Positions 1 through 9,226 of a stretch of DNA of 64,000 nt are shown in pieces. Source of the DNA: an archaeon (GTDB lineage: Archaea > Asgardarchaeota > Thorarchaeia > Thorarchaeales > Thorarchaeaceae). The position numbers and the translations under genes were made by a program. The stretch's first letter is position 1. Each line of letters begins with the position of its first letter. The DNA lies in NCBI GenBank assembly GCA_024276825.1, contig JAJRWI010000053.1:1-64000 (forward strand). Reading direction: 5' to 3'. The notes under the pieces are model-generated. The model saw nothing but the letters and a program-made list of their open reading frames with translations. It ran no database searches and was not told where the DNA came from.

Positions 1-1
1 A

Positions 2-310
2 GTTCCAGTTCCCACGGGTCTGGCAATTGAGATTCCTGATGGATATGAGGGGCAGGTACGGCCAAGGAGTGGTCTTGCAATGAATAAAGGAGTGACTGCA
101 TTGAACAGTCCAGGGACCATAGACAGTGGATATAGGGGGGAAGTCAAAATCATTCTGATCAATCATGGTGAGGAGGACTTTCACATAAAACGTGGAATGC
201 GAGTGGCCCAGTTGGCGATTCGTCCTGTGCCTCAAGTCGACTTTGTTGAGGTCGAAGAGTTAGAGGACAGTGAGAGAGGAGCAGGGGGATTTGGCTCTAC
301 TGGATTATGA
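2..310 (+). CDS. dut: dUTPase (5'-truncated by window edge)
   Basis: Frame open from base 2 ([24 protein letters not shown]); motifs [10 protein letters not shown] and [10 protein letters not shown]. Confidence 0.95.
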   Translation, partial: VPVPTGLAIEIPDGYEGQVRPRSGLAMNKGVTALNSPGTIDSGYRGEVKIILINHGEEDFHIKRGMRVAQLAIRPVPQVDFVEVEELEDSERGAGGFGSTGL

Positions 311-358
311 CCAATAGAAAAATAATAGAGATTTGTGAGGGAATCTCCAGTGAGTTCG

Positions 359-1570
359 ATGTCTGATTATGATGTAATTGTTGTTGGTGCAGGACCTGCT
401 GGATCCACAATGGCAAGACAGGCTGCCAAGAGAGGAGTCAATGTCTTGTTGATTGACAAGGAGAAATTCCCGAGAGTGAAGCCCTGTGCGGGTGGGGTCA
501 TCGGTAAGGTCAAGGACATGCTGGATTTTGACATCAGCAGTGTTATTCAAAGGGATGTATACGGTCAGAGGTTCTACTCACCGTCTGGACTTCTCATTGA
601 CTGTACACGACCGGAGGTCTCAGGATTCATGGTGATGAGAGAGGAGTTTGACCACCTGTTGTTTGAAAAGGCCAAGGAGGCGGGTGCCAAGGCGCTTGAT
701 GGAAATAGGGTCGTCAACGCAACTCAAGACAAGGAGGGAGTCGCCGTTGAAACCGAAAATGGAGAGCGATTCACTGCAGAATATCTCGTTGGTGCAGATG
801 GTATAAACGGAGTAGTTGCCAGATCGATTGGGTTCTATGATGGATGGAAAGGAAGTAGTGCGGCGCTCTGCATTGAGGTGGAAGCAGAAGTAGGCAAGGA
901 CATTGTTGAGAAGATATGTGGTGTAGAGTATGACAGTGAGGGTGTGTCCATCGACATCTATTTTGGCCCTGTGCCATATGGATATGCCTGGTGCTTCCCA
1001 AAGCGTACGCATCTCAGCGTTGGAGTTGGAGTCCCACAGGACAAGGTGTCTAACTTGAAGAACACATTCAATGAGTGGTTTGAAGAGTTCAAGAAGAAGC
1101 ATGAGATAGAGCCCGAAATCCTGTCAGACTTGTCATTCAGAGTGCCATATTCTGGGGCAGTGAAGAGGACATTCATGGGAAGAACCGTCCTTCTCGGTGA
1201 TGCTGCAGGCTTTGCAAACCCGTTCTCTGCAGAGGGCATATCCGAGGCGATAGGGTCGGGCATCATAGCGGCCCAAGTGATTGAACGAGCAGTCAGGACG
1301 AAAGACCCGAAGATCCTCAAAGAGTACGAGAAGGGCTGGAAGGCTGCCTTCGGAGAGGACCTTAGCGTGGCCAAGAGCCTTGCTAAGCTCATGTTCAAGA
1401 ATGAGAAGAACATGGAGACCATTCTTAGCCTAGCTCACAGAGATCCTGTCATTAGTGACTACATGTATAAATTGATTGCAGGAAAGGTTTCGTACAAACA
1501 GTTCAAATCCACTGTGATTAAGACCATAGTCAGAAAGTATCCCCGCGCTGGATTATCGCTGTATCTGTGA
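359..1570 (+). CDS. Geranylgeranyl reductase family FAD oxidoreductase
   Basis: YDVIVVGAGPAG, KPCAGG, GADG, GDAAG..NP..AEGI; start placed at ATG 359 rather than GTG 335. Confidence 0.9.
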   Translation: MSDYDVIVVGAGPAGSTMARQAAKRGVNVLLIDKEKFPRVKPCAGGVIGKVKDMLDFDISSVIQRDVYGQRFYSPSGLLIDCTRPEVSGFMVMREEFDHLLFEKAKEAGAKALDGNRVVNATQDKEGVAVETENGERFTAEYLVGADGINGVVARSIGFYDGWKGSSAALCIEVEAEVGKDIVEKICGVEYDSEGVSIDIYFGPVPYGYAWCFPKRTHLSVGVGVPQDKVSNLKNTFNEWFEEFKKKHEIEPEILSDLSFRVPYSGAVKRTFMGRTVLLGDAAGFANPFSAEGISEAIGSGIIAAQVIERAVRTKDPKILKEYEKGWKAAFGEDLSVAKSLAKLMFKNEKNMETILSLAHRDPVISDYMYKLIAGKVSYKQFKSTVIKTIVRKYPRAGLSLYL

Positions 1571-1577
1571 GAATGGG

Positions 1578-1684
1578 TGGTGGGCCGGCCCGGACTTGAA
1601 CCGGGGATCACCGCACGTTTGAATAGCCATGGGAATCATGACTATGTGTCAATGCGGTATCATAGCCAACTAGACCACCGGCCC
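1578..1684 (-). tRNA. tRNA-Val(GAC) with 30-nt canonical 37/38 intron (1617-1646)
   Basis: GGGCCGG acceptor stem, CCGCA/TGCGG anticodon stem, TTCAA T-loop, ACCA end; bulge-helix-bulge TTGA/TCAA with CAC and ACG bulges. Confidence 0.95.
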
Positions 1685-1702
1685 TTGGCTAATGTGAGGT
1701 GT

Positions 1703-1732
1703 TTCCTTTCCAATTAAAAAGATTGTGTCAGA
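1703..1732 (-). repeat. tRNA-Val upstream/promoter segment, copy 1 (copy 2 at 2846-2875)
   Basis: ttcctttccaattaaaaagattgtgtcaga vs ttcctttctaattgaaacgattgtgtcaga, 27/30 identical; TATA-like TTTTTAAT about 30 nt upstream of the tRNA on the minus strand. Confidence 0.85.
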
Positions 1733-1828
1733 TCACATTTGTTGAAAAAAAATGATTGCATGACCGTCATTGAAACATAAAAGACCGCCATGCAATCAAT
1801 GATTCAATCGAAGGGCGGAGATTATTTG

Positions 1829-2518
1829 TTATCTTCTTTTTAGTATGAAGATAATAACCACTACCACCCCTACTATAGCTGCTCCAATTATTATGAAAAG
1901 AGTGTAATCTGGAGCTGGGATGTATTCAAGTAATGTAAAGGTCAGAGTCAATGTTGTAGTGGAGCTGCCCTGAGTAGTTGTTGAGGAATATGTCAAAGTT
2001 TTGAAGACACCTGTGTCTTTTGAAATTGTTGCTGATGCAGATTGTTCGAGTGTAATGCCATCTTCAAAAGTTCCATGTCCACTGATAATCCATTCATTGG
2101 CATTGTTGTTTATTGAGATTGAGTAGACAGTTTCGGTTTGGAAATCAAGACAGAGTTGGGTGAGGAAGTCAAAGTCCCCAACTGGCACAACTAGAGATCC
2201 AATGAGTACTGGTGATATGAGGTCAGTCAATGTTTCCAATAGGAGTTCAGTGTCAAATATTTCGGATTCTATCTTGATTGTAGCTGTTGGAACGTCATAG
2301 TAGCTTGAAATATCTTGGGGAAGTGAATCCAGTCCACCAATTATCATGGTTGCATTGCCTGTTGTGGTTTCAATCTTATTTCCTTGTTCGGTAACAGAAT
2401 AAATGAATCTGTCATTGACAGCAGTACCCCATCGTAATTGATGTGTTGTGGCAGCAACCGGTCCAATGAAAAATAGTGCCATCAGTGCAAGTACAAAAAA
2501 ATGATTCCTATCAAACAT
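1829..2518 (-). CDS. Secreted, C-terminally membrane-anchored hypothetical protein (cassette 1 cargo)
   Basis: Signal peptide MFDRNHFFVLALMALFFIGPVAA, Thr-rich ectodomain, C-terminal TM helix followed by KRR; AT-rich DNA. Confidence 0.8.
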   Translation of the reverse strand: MFDRNHFFVLALMALFFIGPVAATTHQLRWGTAVNDRFIYSVTEQGNKIETTTGNATMIIGGLDSLPQDISSYYDVPTATIKIESEIFDTELLLETLTDLISPVLIGSLVVPVGDFDFLTQLCLDFQTETVYSISINNNANEWIISGHGTFEDGITLEQSASATISKDTGVFKTLTYSSTTTQGSSTTTLTLTFTLLEYIPAPDYTLFIIIGAAIVGVVVVIIFILKRR

Positions 2519-2753
2519 TTCTTTCACACTCGTAGATGGTGGCATTATCTTTTGTTTTTTTTTACTTATTTTAATTTCTGATAATTTTTTCCTCATTTTC
2601 AGTTTGATCAAAATTGTATGAAATTCACATTGATATACTGAACTTTTTGAATAAGGGAGATTAGTTGGATATTGTAATTTTCTTATAATGGCTTAGAAAT
2701 TATCATGATGTAACTTTTAGGAGCAGTAAAGTTCAGTAATTAGCACATTCAGG

Positions 2754-2843
2754 CTAAAAGTACATACCAGCATGCATCGGATATTTCTTTCTGAAGAACT
2801 CGAGAGCCTCACGTTCAAGTGATGAATGCACCTTGGATATTTC
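2754..2843 (-). repeat. Orphan 90-bp copy of the 3' end of gene 4450-4971
   Basis: Encodes EISKVHSSLEREALEFFRKKYPMHAGMYF* vs EISKVHSSLEREALELFRKKYPMRAGMFF* at 4450-4539; inner 45 bp identical, terminal 45 bp with 11 mismatches. Confidence 0.95.
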
Positions 2844-2845
2844 GA

Positions 2846-2875
2846 TTCCTTTCTAATTGAAACGATTGTGTCAGA
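2846..2875 (-). repeat. Second, degenerate copy of the tRNA-Val promoter segment
   Basis: 27/30 identity to 1703-1732; lies 2 nt from the duplicated gene end. Confidence 0.85.
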
Positions 2876-3057
2876 ACAAAATTAGTGGGTGAGGTATGAC
2901 AAGTCTGCAATTGAAGATTAAAAGTTTAATTAGGAGTTAATAAGACGCCAATAAATGCAATTCACGGCATTGAATTAGAATATTGCTTTAATTTAAAAAA
3001 ACTATAAATCAGGTCATATCAACGGCTACAGAAGTAATTCGCAGGGTGGGGCAACGA

Positions 3058-4004
3058 ATGCAATTTAGAGCAATCGGATCAATCTTGCTCGTAATTACTG
3101 CATCTATTTATGGTAATATAGCAATAAATGCGCAGGCAATGAGAAATGAGCAATGCACACAACAGCCCAAAACATGAAAGGTGTCTTGAATACAGGAATT
3201 AATAGGGCAATCCAGTTCAATATTGGAAATTCAGTATTAACCATAATTATTATTCCAAATCATTCTTGCTTTATTATCTATGATAATCAAATATCTCGAA
3301 TCATAGGAATAATAACTGTATGTCCATGTGCGGGCGGATTTACTACAAAGATATTCATAAGTGAAGCACTTGTTTACGATCAAGTGAAAACAAGGAATAT
3401 TCTTGAACCCATGGAATTAGATAGTTTGCATAATGGCAATGGTAGATTCATGATAGAATCTGAAATACCATCAAAATCATTGGGTGGTTATTTGCATGAA
3501 TGGTGGGATGGACTATACTATGTAATAGGACCATCATGGCAAATAAAATATCCCCATCCCAATCGTGAATTTTATCATATTGCATCATTTAATGCATGGA
3601 TTGGATATGGTATGAAATTAATCCATCACCAGATTGATTCAGATATGTCAGCAGTATTAGCAAATTTGGGATGGGCTGCTCTTTTTGCTGCAATAGGAAC
3701 TTTAATTGGTGAGGAAGTGGGAGGACCATATGGAGCAGCAGCGGGCGCAGTTATAGGAACAGTACTGGGCATATTATTTGGATATGCAACACAAGCAATT
3801 CTTTCGGATGAAGAGGGATGCATATGGTGGTGGTCAAGTAAAGATTTTGAGAATTGGCTATCTGATAATGCATGAACAATATGGTGGCTGAGTTTGATTC
3901 TAGGGGGTGCAAATGCCTTTGTAATGAATGGATTTGCAGCATATGGATATCTAAGAATTGGGAGTTATACATTCTATGATGCCGTAAGCGCTGGAAACCC
4001 GTAG
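3058..4004 (+). pseudogene. Disrupted secreted glycine-zipper protein (toxin/archaeocin-like; cassette 2 cargo)
   Basis: Out-of-frame signal-like start MQFRAIGSILLVITASI at 3058; main ORF 3153-3875 with LGWAALFAAIGTLIG..GGPYGAAAGAVIGTVLGILFG; in-frame TGA at 3873 followed by 42 more sense codons to TAG 4004. Confidence 0.55.
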
Positions 4005-4017
4005 GAGTGAGTGATAG

Positions 4018-4410
4018 TTGCGAGAACTGGAGAGATATTTTGCAATTGCAGGACTAGGTCTATTGATATTGGGAATAATAATTGAAACTGTACTGATACT
4101 ATTGCAAACGAATCCATCTTCTAATGATGCTATTCTAATATCAACAACAATAGGCATTTGGTTCATTAGTATGCTATTTTTTAATGTTACATATTGGGAG
4201 TGGAAACATCAACCAAAATTTAGACTTGCAATATTCTTGATTTCATTAGGCATAATTGGGTTCATGTTAATCACTAGTTTTTGGAGTGCCCTTATTCAGA
4301 TGTTTTATCCAAAGTCATACATTCGCTTATTTATGATTATTGATTTTGCGTCAATTGCTTTTGGTGGATGCTTCCAATTGATTCTTGGTAGATCATGGAG
4401 TGTGAGATAG
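4018..4410 (+). CDS. Small 4-TM membrane protein (candidate immunity protein)
   Basis: 130 aa with four hydrophobic segments; starts 13 nt after the extended upstream frame, with a GGAGTGA SD-like motif. Confidence 0.7.
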   Translation: MRELERYFAIAGLGLLILGIIIETVLILLQTNPSSNDAILISTTIGIWFISMLFFNVTYWEWKHQPKFRLAIFLISLGIIGFMLITSFWSALIQMFYPKSYIRLFMIIDFASIAFGGCFQLILGRSWSVR

Positions 4411-4449
4411 TAAGTCAGCACAAGATACTGCACTGTGATAATAGGCTAA

Positions 4450-4971
4450 TTAGAAAAACATGCCTGCGCGCATTGGATATTTCTTCCTGAAGAGCTCGAG
4501 AGCCTCACGTTCAAGTGATGAATGCACCTTGGATATTTCAGAGCTTATGTCCCCAAGATCGGGCCGAGTCAGAATTGGACCTGTAAGTATATGACGTGCA
4601 TCTGACTGCTCGATATCGGTTGGTGTCATAGGATCTCTCTGGATTATTGATCTGATGATAGATTGGGCATCATTTCCCTGATTGATTAGTGAGAGCATCT
4701 GATCCAGATCGGAGTCATGAATGGGCCTGAATCCATAATTGGGAACTCGTCTGATGAAGTCCAATGACTTGTATGAGCCAGGAATCTCCACACCGACTCC
4801 CGTGAACTCAGTAGGATTGATTGGTATGAGTTTAAGATGAAAACTGGAATCAGGGCCTACAATTAGCATGTCACCTTTGGGAGTACTGAGGACATGCCAT
4901 CCCTTCGGAAACTTTGCATAGCGTTCCATGATTCGTGGGACAATGCTGTCTACAGGCTCAGGATCGGTCAT
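4450..4971 (-). CDS. Hypothetical protein (its 3' end borders the cassette array)
   Basis: 173-aa ORF; mostly synonymous divergence of its duplicated 3' end indicates a real gene. Confidence 0.8.
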   Translation of the reverse strand: MTDPEPVDSIVPRIMERYAKFPKGWHVLSTPKGDMLIVGPDSSFHLKLIPINPTEFTGVGVEIPGSYKSLDFIRRVPNYGFRPIHDSDLDQMLSLINQGNDAQSIIRSIIQRDPMTPTDIEQSDARHILTGPILTRPDLGDISSEISKVHSSLEREALELFRKKYPMRAGMFF

Positions 4972-5070
4972 CTGATTCTCGATATAGAATGGACCAGTTT
5001 TGCATATAAAATAAGAGGACTAGTGCAAATGATGAACGGCATTTGATGAGGAGGGGAGCTTGGAATAATC

Positions 5071-5493
5071 TTATGGACGTATCACAAGGCTGCTAAAATC
5101 GGGCGCATCAAGTTCAATGCGGCCCTTGATCATGGGAACATTATCTTCAATCTCATTGACAAGTTTCAAGAGGGCTTTCTCAATCTCATCGGCCTGATCA
5201 AGCCAGTTTCTTGATTTGTCCATCACTTCAGTATAGTCCATTGAGAACTTCACAGTGATTGGAAGGCCATTAATGGGTATTCCCAGTGCCCAGAAAGTCA
5301 CCCTTCTCGCTCGGGGGGTCTCATCAAGGAATGGGTTTTGCAGGTAGTCCAGATCATATGTTATCAAAGACGCGTTTCTTGCCAGTTTCTTAAACTCTTC
5401 ATAATCATCTACCATTATAGGGGGAATCATAATCGGACATTCTATCATGGTCATTTTCATCATCTCACTCTTACTACCGGATACCCCCTTCAT
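5071..5493 (-). CDS. Hypothetical protein (start uncertain)
   Basis: 140-aa ORF with AT-rich TATA-containing upstream region. Confidence 0.65.
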   Translation of the reverse strand: MKGVSGSKSEMMKMTMIECPIMIPPIMVDDYEEFKKLARNASLITYDLDYLQNPFLDETPRARRVTFWALGIPINGLPITVKFSMDYTEVMDKSRNWLDQADEIEKALLKLVNEIEDNVPMIKGRIELDAPDFSSLVIRP

Positions 5494-5675
5494 TTCGTAT
5501 GGAACTTTTGGGGATCTTACGGTTTGGAACGGCCTCTAGCCGTCAATAATTAATATAAATAATCAAAAGTATATAAATATATCTAAATAAAAGTCATGTG
5601 GCGCCAAATCCTTAGGCGGTATATTAATTGCGACTTGGAACACGTGTTCTAATGCAGAATAATAGGAGAAATTGA

Positions 5676-6152
5676 CTAGAAGGTGGAGCAAACCCTGCGA
5701 ATCTTCTCTATCTGCTGATATTTCACATAGGCGAAGTATTCGAAAAGATAGCTTACAACTCGGGATTTAGCACGTACAGCAATTGATAGGAAGAATGTGT
5801 AAGCCTTGACCTCCTGCTTTAGAGCCTTATTGCAGATGAATATACGAGGATCGGTGTCATTGCGTGATGGATCAAAAGGAGTTTCATCGGGAACTGGAAC
5901 CTCACCAATGTTCGATATCTCATCAATCTCCTCAACAATGCCTGTTGCAAGCATGTCATGAATCTTGTTGATGAGTTCATCTTCGGTTTCAGCTAATACA
6001 AGAAGTAGTGCCTTTACAGCGGTGGTTTCAACGCTCTCGGCAATTGTAGAATAATACTCATGATGGGTGTTCATTGTTTTCAGGGCGAGTTTGAGCATTG
6101 TTGTAAGAGTTTCTCGTTCAGAGTTCATTTGAACATTATATGTAATTTCCAA
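5676..6152 (-). CDS. Ferritin/rubrerythrin-like four-helix protein with degenerate ligands
   Basis: Repeated helical pattern (EYYSTIAE..VKALLLVLAETE / ALKQEVKAYTFF..LFEYFA); no ExxH motifs. Confidence 0.55.
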   Translation of the reverse strand: MEITYNVQMNSERETLTTMLKLALKTMNTHHEYYSTIAESVETTAVKALLLVLAETEDELINKIHDMLATGIVEEIDEISNIGEVPVPDETPFDPSRNDTDPRIFICNKALKQEVKAYTFFLSIAVRAKSRVVSYLFEYFAYVKYQQIEKIRRVCSTF

Positions 6153-6185
6153 TATAAAGAGATTAGGTCATCGAAAGATGTGTCA

Positions 6186-6890
6186 TTAATTTGTAAGATA
6201 GTCATGTACAAGTGAGTAGTCCTCATTCGGCATGATTTCCTTGAGTAGTGGGAGTCCCTCATCGATAAATCGAATCAATGCGTGAAGAGCAAGTCCGTGA
6301 TCTTTCGCCTTCTGATATGCGCCCTGTTGCCTGTCAATAATAACCGCGATATTGTCACATGTCACACCCTTAAGACCCCGCTTTTCAACTTCAGCAAGAA
6401 CCTGACGACGTGCAATAAGTTTGCTATCAAGCCCAGTGACCAAATCATCAACAATGCAGAGGGAGTCGCCATCGTCCATCACGCCTTCCACAAGTGAGTG
6501 ATGGCCATAGTCTTCTATCGCAGAGAGGAGGTCAGATTCGGTACGAACACCCACCATCTTTCGGGTATGGCAGGCTGGGAGGCCTGATTCAAGGGAGATT
6601 GCTGTTGCTATTGGCACACCCGCAAATGATACTCCTACCAACCTGGTTATGTCAGGCAGTTCGTCTCTAATCATTTGTGTCATGGCCTCTGCGACCTTTC
6701 TAAGAGTTTCAGGAAATGAACTCAAGTTTCTCAATTGAATGTAGAAGGGGCTCCAACGTCCAGACATCAGGGTCCAGCCCTGCGGCTTGTCACGAGGAGC
6801 GGTCATTATCATTCTGTTGCGATAGATATCGTGAACGATCTCACGTTTTAATTGAGTGAGTGATTCCTTTTCTGACACTTTGGTGACCAA
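6186..6890 (-). CDS. pyrE: Orotate phosphoribosyltransferase-like protein
   Basis: LMSGRWSPFYIQLR, GVPIATAISL, PRPP loop IVDDLVTG, VIIDRQQG. Confidence 0.8.
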   Translation of the reverse strand: MVTKVSEKESLTQLKREIVHDIYRNRMIMTAPRDKPQGWTLMSGRWSPFYIQLRNLSSFPETLRKVAEAMTQMIRDELPDITRLVGVSFAGVPIATAISLESGLPACHTRKMVGVRTESDLLSAIEDYGHHSLVEGVMDDGDSLCIVDDLVTGLDSKLIARRQVLAEVEKRGLKGVTCDNIAVIIDRQQGAYQKAKDHGLALHALIRFIDEGLPLLKEIMPNEDYSLVHDYLTN

Positions 6891-6941
6891 GACCTACAGG
6901 GCGAATGATAGATAAAAGTAAGCCGCTTTATTCAATTCAAA

Positions 6942-7859
6942 TTGATTGATAAGAGAGTTGCATGGAGGCTCGTTGAGAGAGCTGGACCAGTAATTAGGTA
7001 TAGGACTCTTAGGGAGATTCTTCAAGTCAGAGATGTAGAGATAATATCCAACTCATTGGAGGGACTTCTAGGATCATCAATTGTAAGAGAAGGGCTCGAT
7101 TTTTTGTGGTCTGCGGTGATGCATGATGATCCCATAGAGAGTACGCCAAACGTTGTGAGTGCTATTGCAAGGCTTGTCCAGTTGGGAGTGAGAACAGGAC
7201 TTCAGCAAATGGACAGGAGTACAATCCGAATCAGATCCATGTTGTCGGATGATGTCATAAATGATAATAATGCAAGCATTGCAATTGCAGAGGCATTGGC
7301 ATATGCAGGATACTATGAAGTTCCAAAGGTCAAATCATTGGTGATTCAACGGCTTGACAGGCTCATCTCCGCGAACTATAAGAGTCTTCCAAGATTTCAT
7401 GATTTACTGGGAATTTCAAACATTAAATGGGCAATGAGGGATGACAAGTTCAAGCAATTGGCTGATAGAGTAGCATCTATCATTGTGAGCTTAGACTACC
7501 AGACGAGGTGTCAGGAGGGAGGATTTGTAGAGGGAGAGGGTCTTTGGAACTGCGTCAATCTGCCGGGGTTTCGTGAACATCCTGAGATTGAAGACATGGG
7601 CTTATTGATCTTGATACTTGATCTCCTTGCTCCCCTGACTTCTGTTCAAGAGTCAGAATGGTTCAAGAGATGCATGGAGATACTGGAAGAGAGAAGAGGT
7701 GTTGATGGACTTTATCGGTTCCCGTCGGAGTGGCTTCCTGAAGGGATCATCTCAGACTGGCCCAGAGGGATGTGTATGAGTCTTGAGATATCTAGGGATG
7801 ACGAAGCACTTGCTTACGAGTCAACATTCAGAGTTCTCAAGATCAAGTCTTGCCTGTGA
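6942..7859 (+). CDS. Hypothetical alpha-helical protein
   Basis: 305-aa ORF; no confident catalytic motif. Confidence 0.65.
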   Translation: MIDKRVAWRLVERAGPVIRYRTLREILQVRDVEIISNSLEGLLGSSIVREGLDFLWSAVMHDDPIESTPNVVSAIARLVQLGVRTGLQQMDRSTIRIRSMLSDDVINDNNASIAIAEALAYAGYYEVPKVKSLVIQRLDRLISANYKSLPRFHDLLGISNIKWAMRDDKFKQLADRVASIIVSLDYQTRCQEGGFVEGEGLWNCVNLPGFREHPEIEDMGLLILILDLLAPLTSVQESEWFKRCMEILEERRGVDGLYRFPSEWLPEGIISDWPRGMCMSLEISRDDEALAYESTFRVLKIKSCL

Positions 7860-8901
7860 AAATCAATTTCAGCAATCTATTTCGAGGAACAAGTGCATAG
7901 GCAAAGGGAATAGAGAGAGAAAATCCAACAATGAATCGGGCTGGCCAGAAGAGGTTGAAGGTTGCCGCTATTGCTTCAGATGGCAAGGATAATACGACAA
8001 GTAAAATGGGAATCAGATAGAAGAAAATCGGGTGAATCTCATAGACCACCTGTGATTCTCGTCCTAATCTGCTCAGAAAACCAGAGGGTGCCCTATTATT
8101 CAGAATGCTTGAGATGAAGAAGACCAACAGTGTGCCGCTTGTTCCAGACACCATGTAAAGGAGGGCATGGTTCCCTAGACGATCGACTGCCAAATCCACA
8201 AATCCATTGAGTGTAGAGGCAAGTAATAGCAAGGTGATGAGTAGGAGAAGTGAGAGTATATTTTTTACAGGTGATGTGAAGTGCCAGTTTCCAGTCCCAC
8301 GAGCACATTTTATCTCATATCCAATTATGCAGAATGCAGTCGCCATCAGGACACTGCTGAAGTGCCATGGAACAAGAGTTGTTGAAAAGGTGGATCTAAG
8401 TCCCATTCCAAGGACTGGCAAGATTAAAACAAGACTCCAACGAACTGATGGATGAGTGTTGTGAGTTGCAAGTTCAATAATCGCAAAGAAACAGAGACCA
8501 AAAAACAAGACTGGCAAGAACCACAGATGTGTTGCTTGGTTAGGAGGTCCTGCCCCATATAGAAACCAGAATACCACATCACTTGGAGTCAGATATGTAT
8601 CAATTAGAGGGGCCATGAAATAGAAGAGGACTATCATTATCAGATATAGAGTAAAGTAGGGGATTAATAGCTGCCTTGCTCGGACTCTGATGAAAGAGGA
8701 CAAACGATTTCTATGCTTCTCAGAATTATATGTAAATCCTGCCAGTATGAAAAAGAGTGCAATTGCAAAAGCAGAGAGGTGAATAGTCACAACATTGATC
8801 ATGGGAATCATTGAGTGCACAATAATCACTATTATGATTCCAATTCCTCGTGAAACATCAATCCAAGTGATTCGGGAGGAGAATAATGATGGCTCGTTCA
8901 T
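7843..8901 (-). CDS. Acyltransferase-3 (OafA-like) membrane O-acyltransferase
   Basis: RITWIDVSRGIGIIIVIIVH, FFILAG, R..QLLIPY, HLWFL; about 10 TM segments; start uncertain (8901 or 8925). Confidence 0.9.
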   Translation of the reverse strand: MNEPSLFSSRITWIDVSRGIGIIIVIIVHSMIPMINVVTIHLSAFAIALFFILAGFTYNSEKHRNRLSSFIRVRARQLLIPYFTLYLIMIVLFYFMAPLIDTYLTPSDVVFWFLYGAGPPNQATHLWFLPVLFFGLCFFAIIELATHNTHPSVRWSLVLILPVLGMGLRSTFSTTLVPWHFSSVLMATAFCIIGYEIKCARGTGNWHFTSPVKNILSLLLLITLLLLASTLNGFVDLAVDRLGNHALLYMVSGTSGTLLVFFISSILNNRAPSGFLSRLGRESQVVYEIHPIFFYLIPILLVVLSLPSEAIAATFNLFWPARFIVGFSLSIPFAYALVPRNRLLKLIFTGKT

Positions 8902-8990
8902 CGGGCACTTTCCATATGATTTCAAATATTATGATGACTATTGCACTTTGGGAAACTTTTTAACTTTCACACATGCGACAAATATAACAA

Positions 8991-9065
8991 GCGCCCGTTG
9001 TCTAGGGGCCATGATGGATCCCTGCCACGGATCCGGCCCGGGTTCGAATCCCGGCGGGCGCACCA
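8991..9065 (+). tRNA. tRNA-Gly(GCC)
   Basis: GCGCCCG/CGGGCGC acceptor, GATCC-CTGCCAC-GGATC anticodon arm, TTCGAAT, ACCA. Confidence 0.95.
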
Positions 9066-9226
9066 TTCATTTTTTCAACATGGTCATGTTATTTTGACAT
9101 CTATTAGGAATGGAAAACACTGTAAGAAGAGAATTGTTCAATCATAATGTTTTTGTAAACACAGATAAAAACGCAATCTAATTGATGTATTGATTGACGT
9201 ACAATGATTCATGAAGGGCTGCCTCT

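Noticed and set aside
3873-3875. In-frame TGA as selenocysteine
   Set aside because: Trp-rich hydrophobic context, no redox motif and no recognisable SECIS downstream; TGG-to-TGA is simpler.
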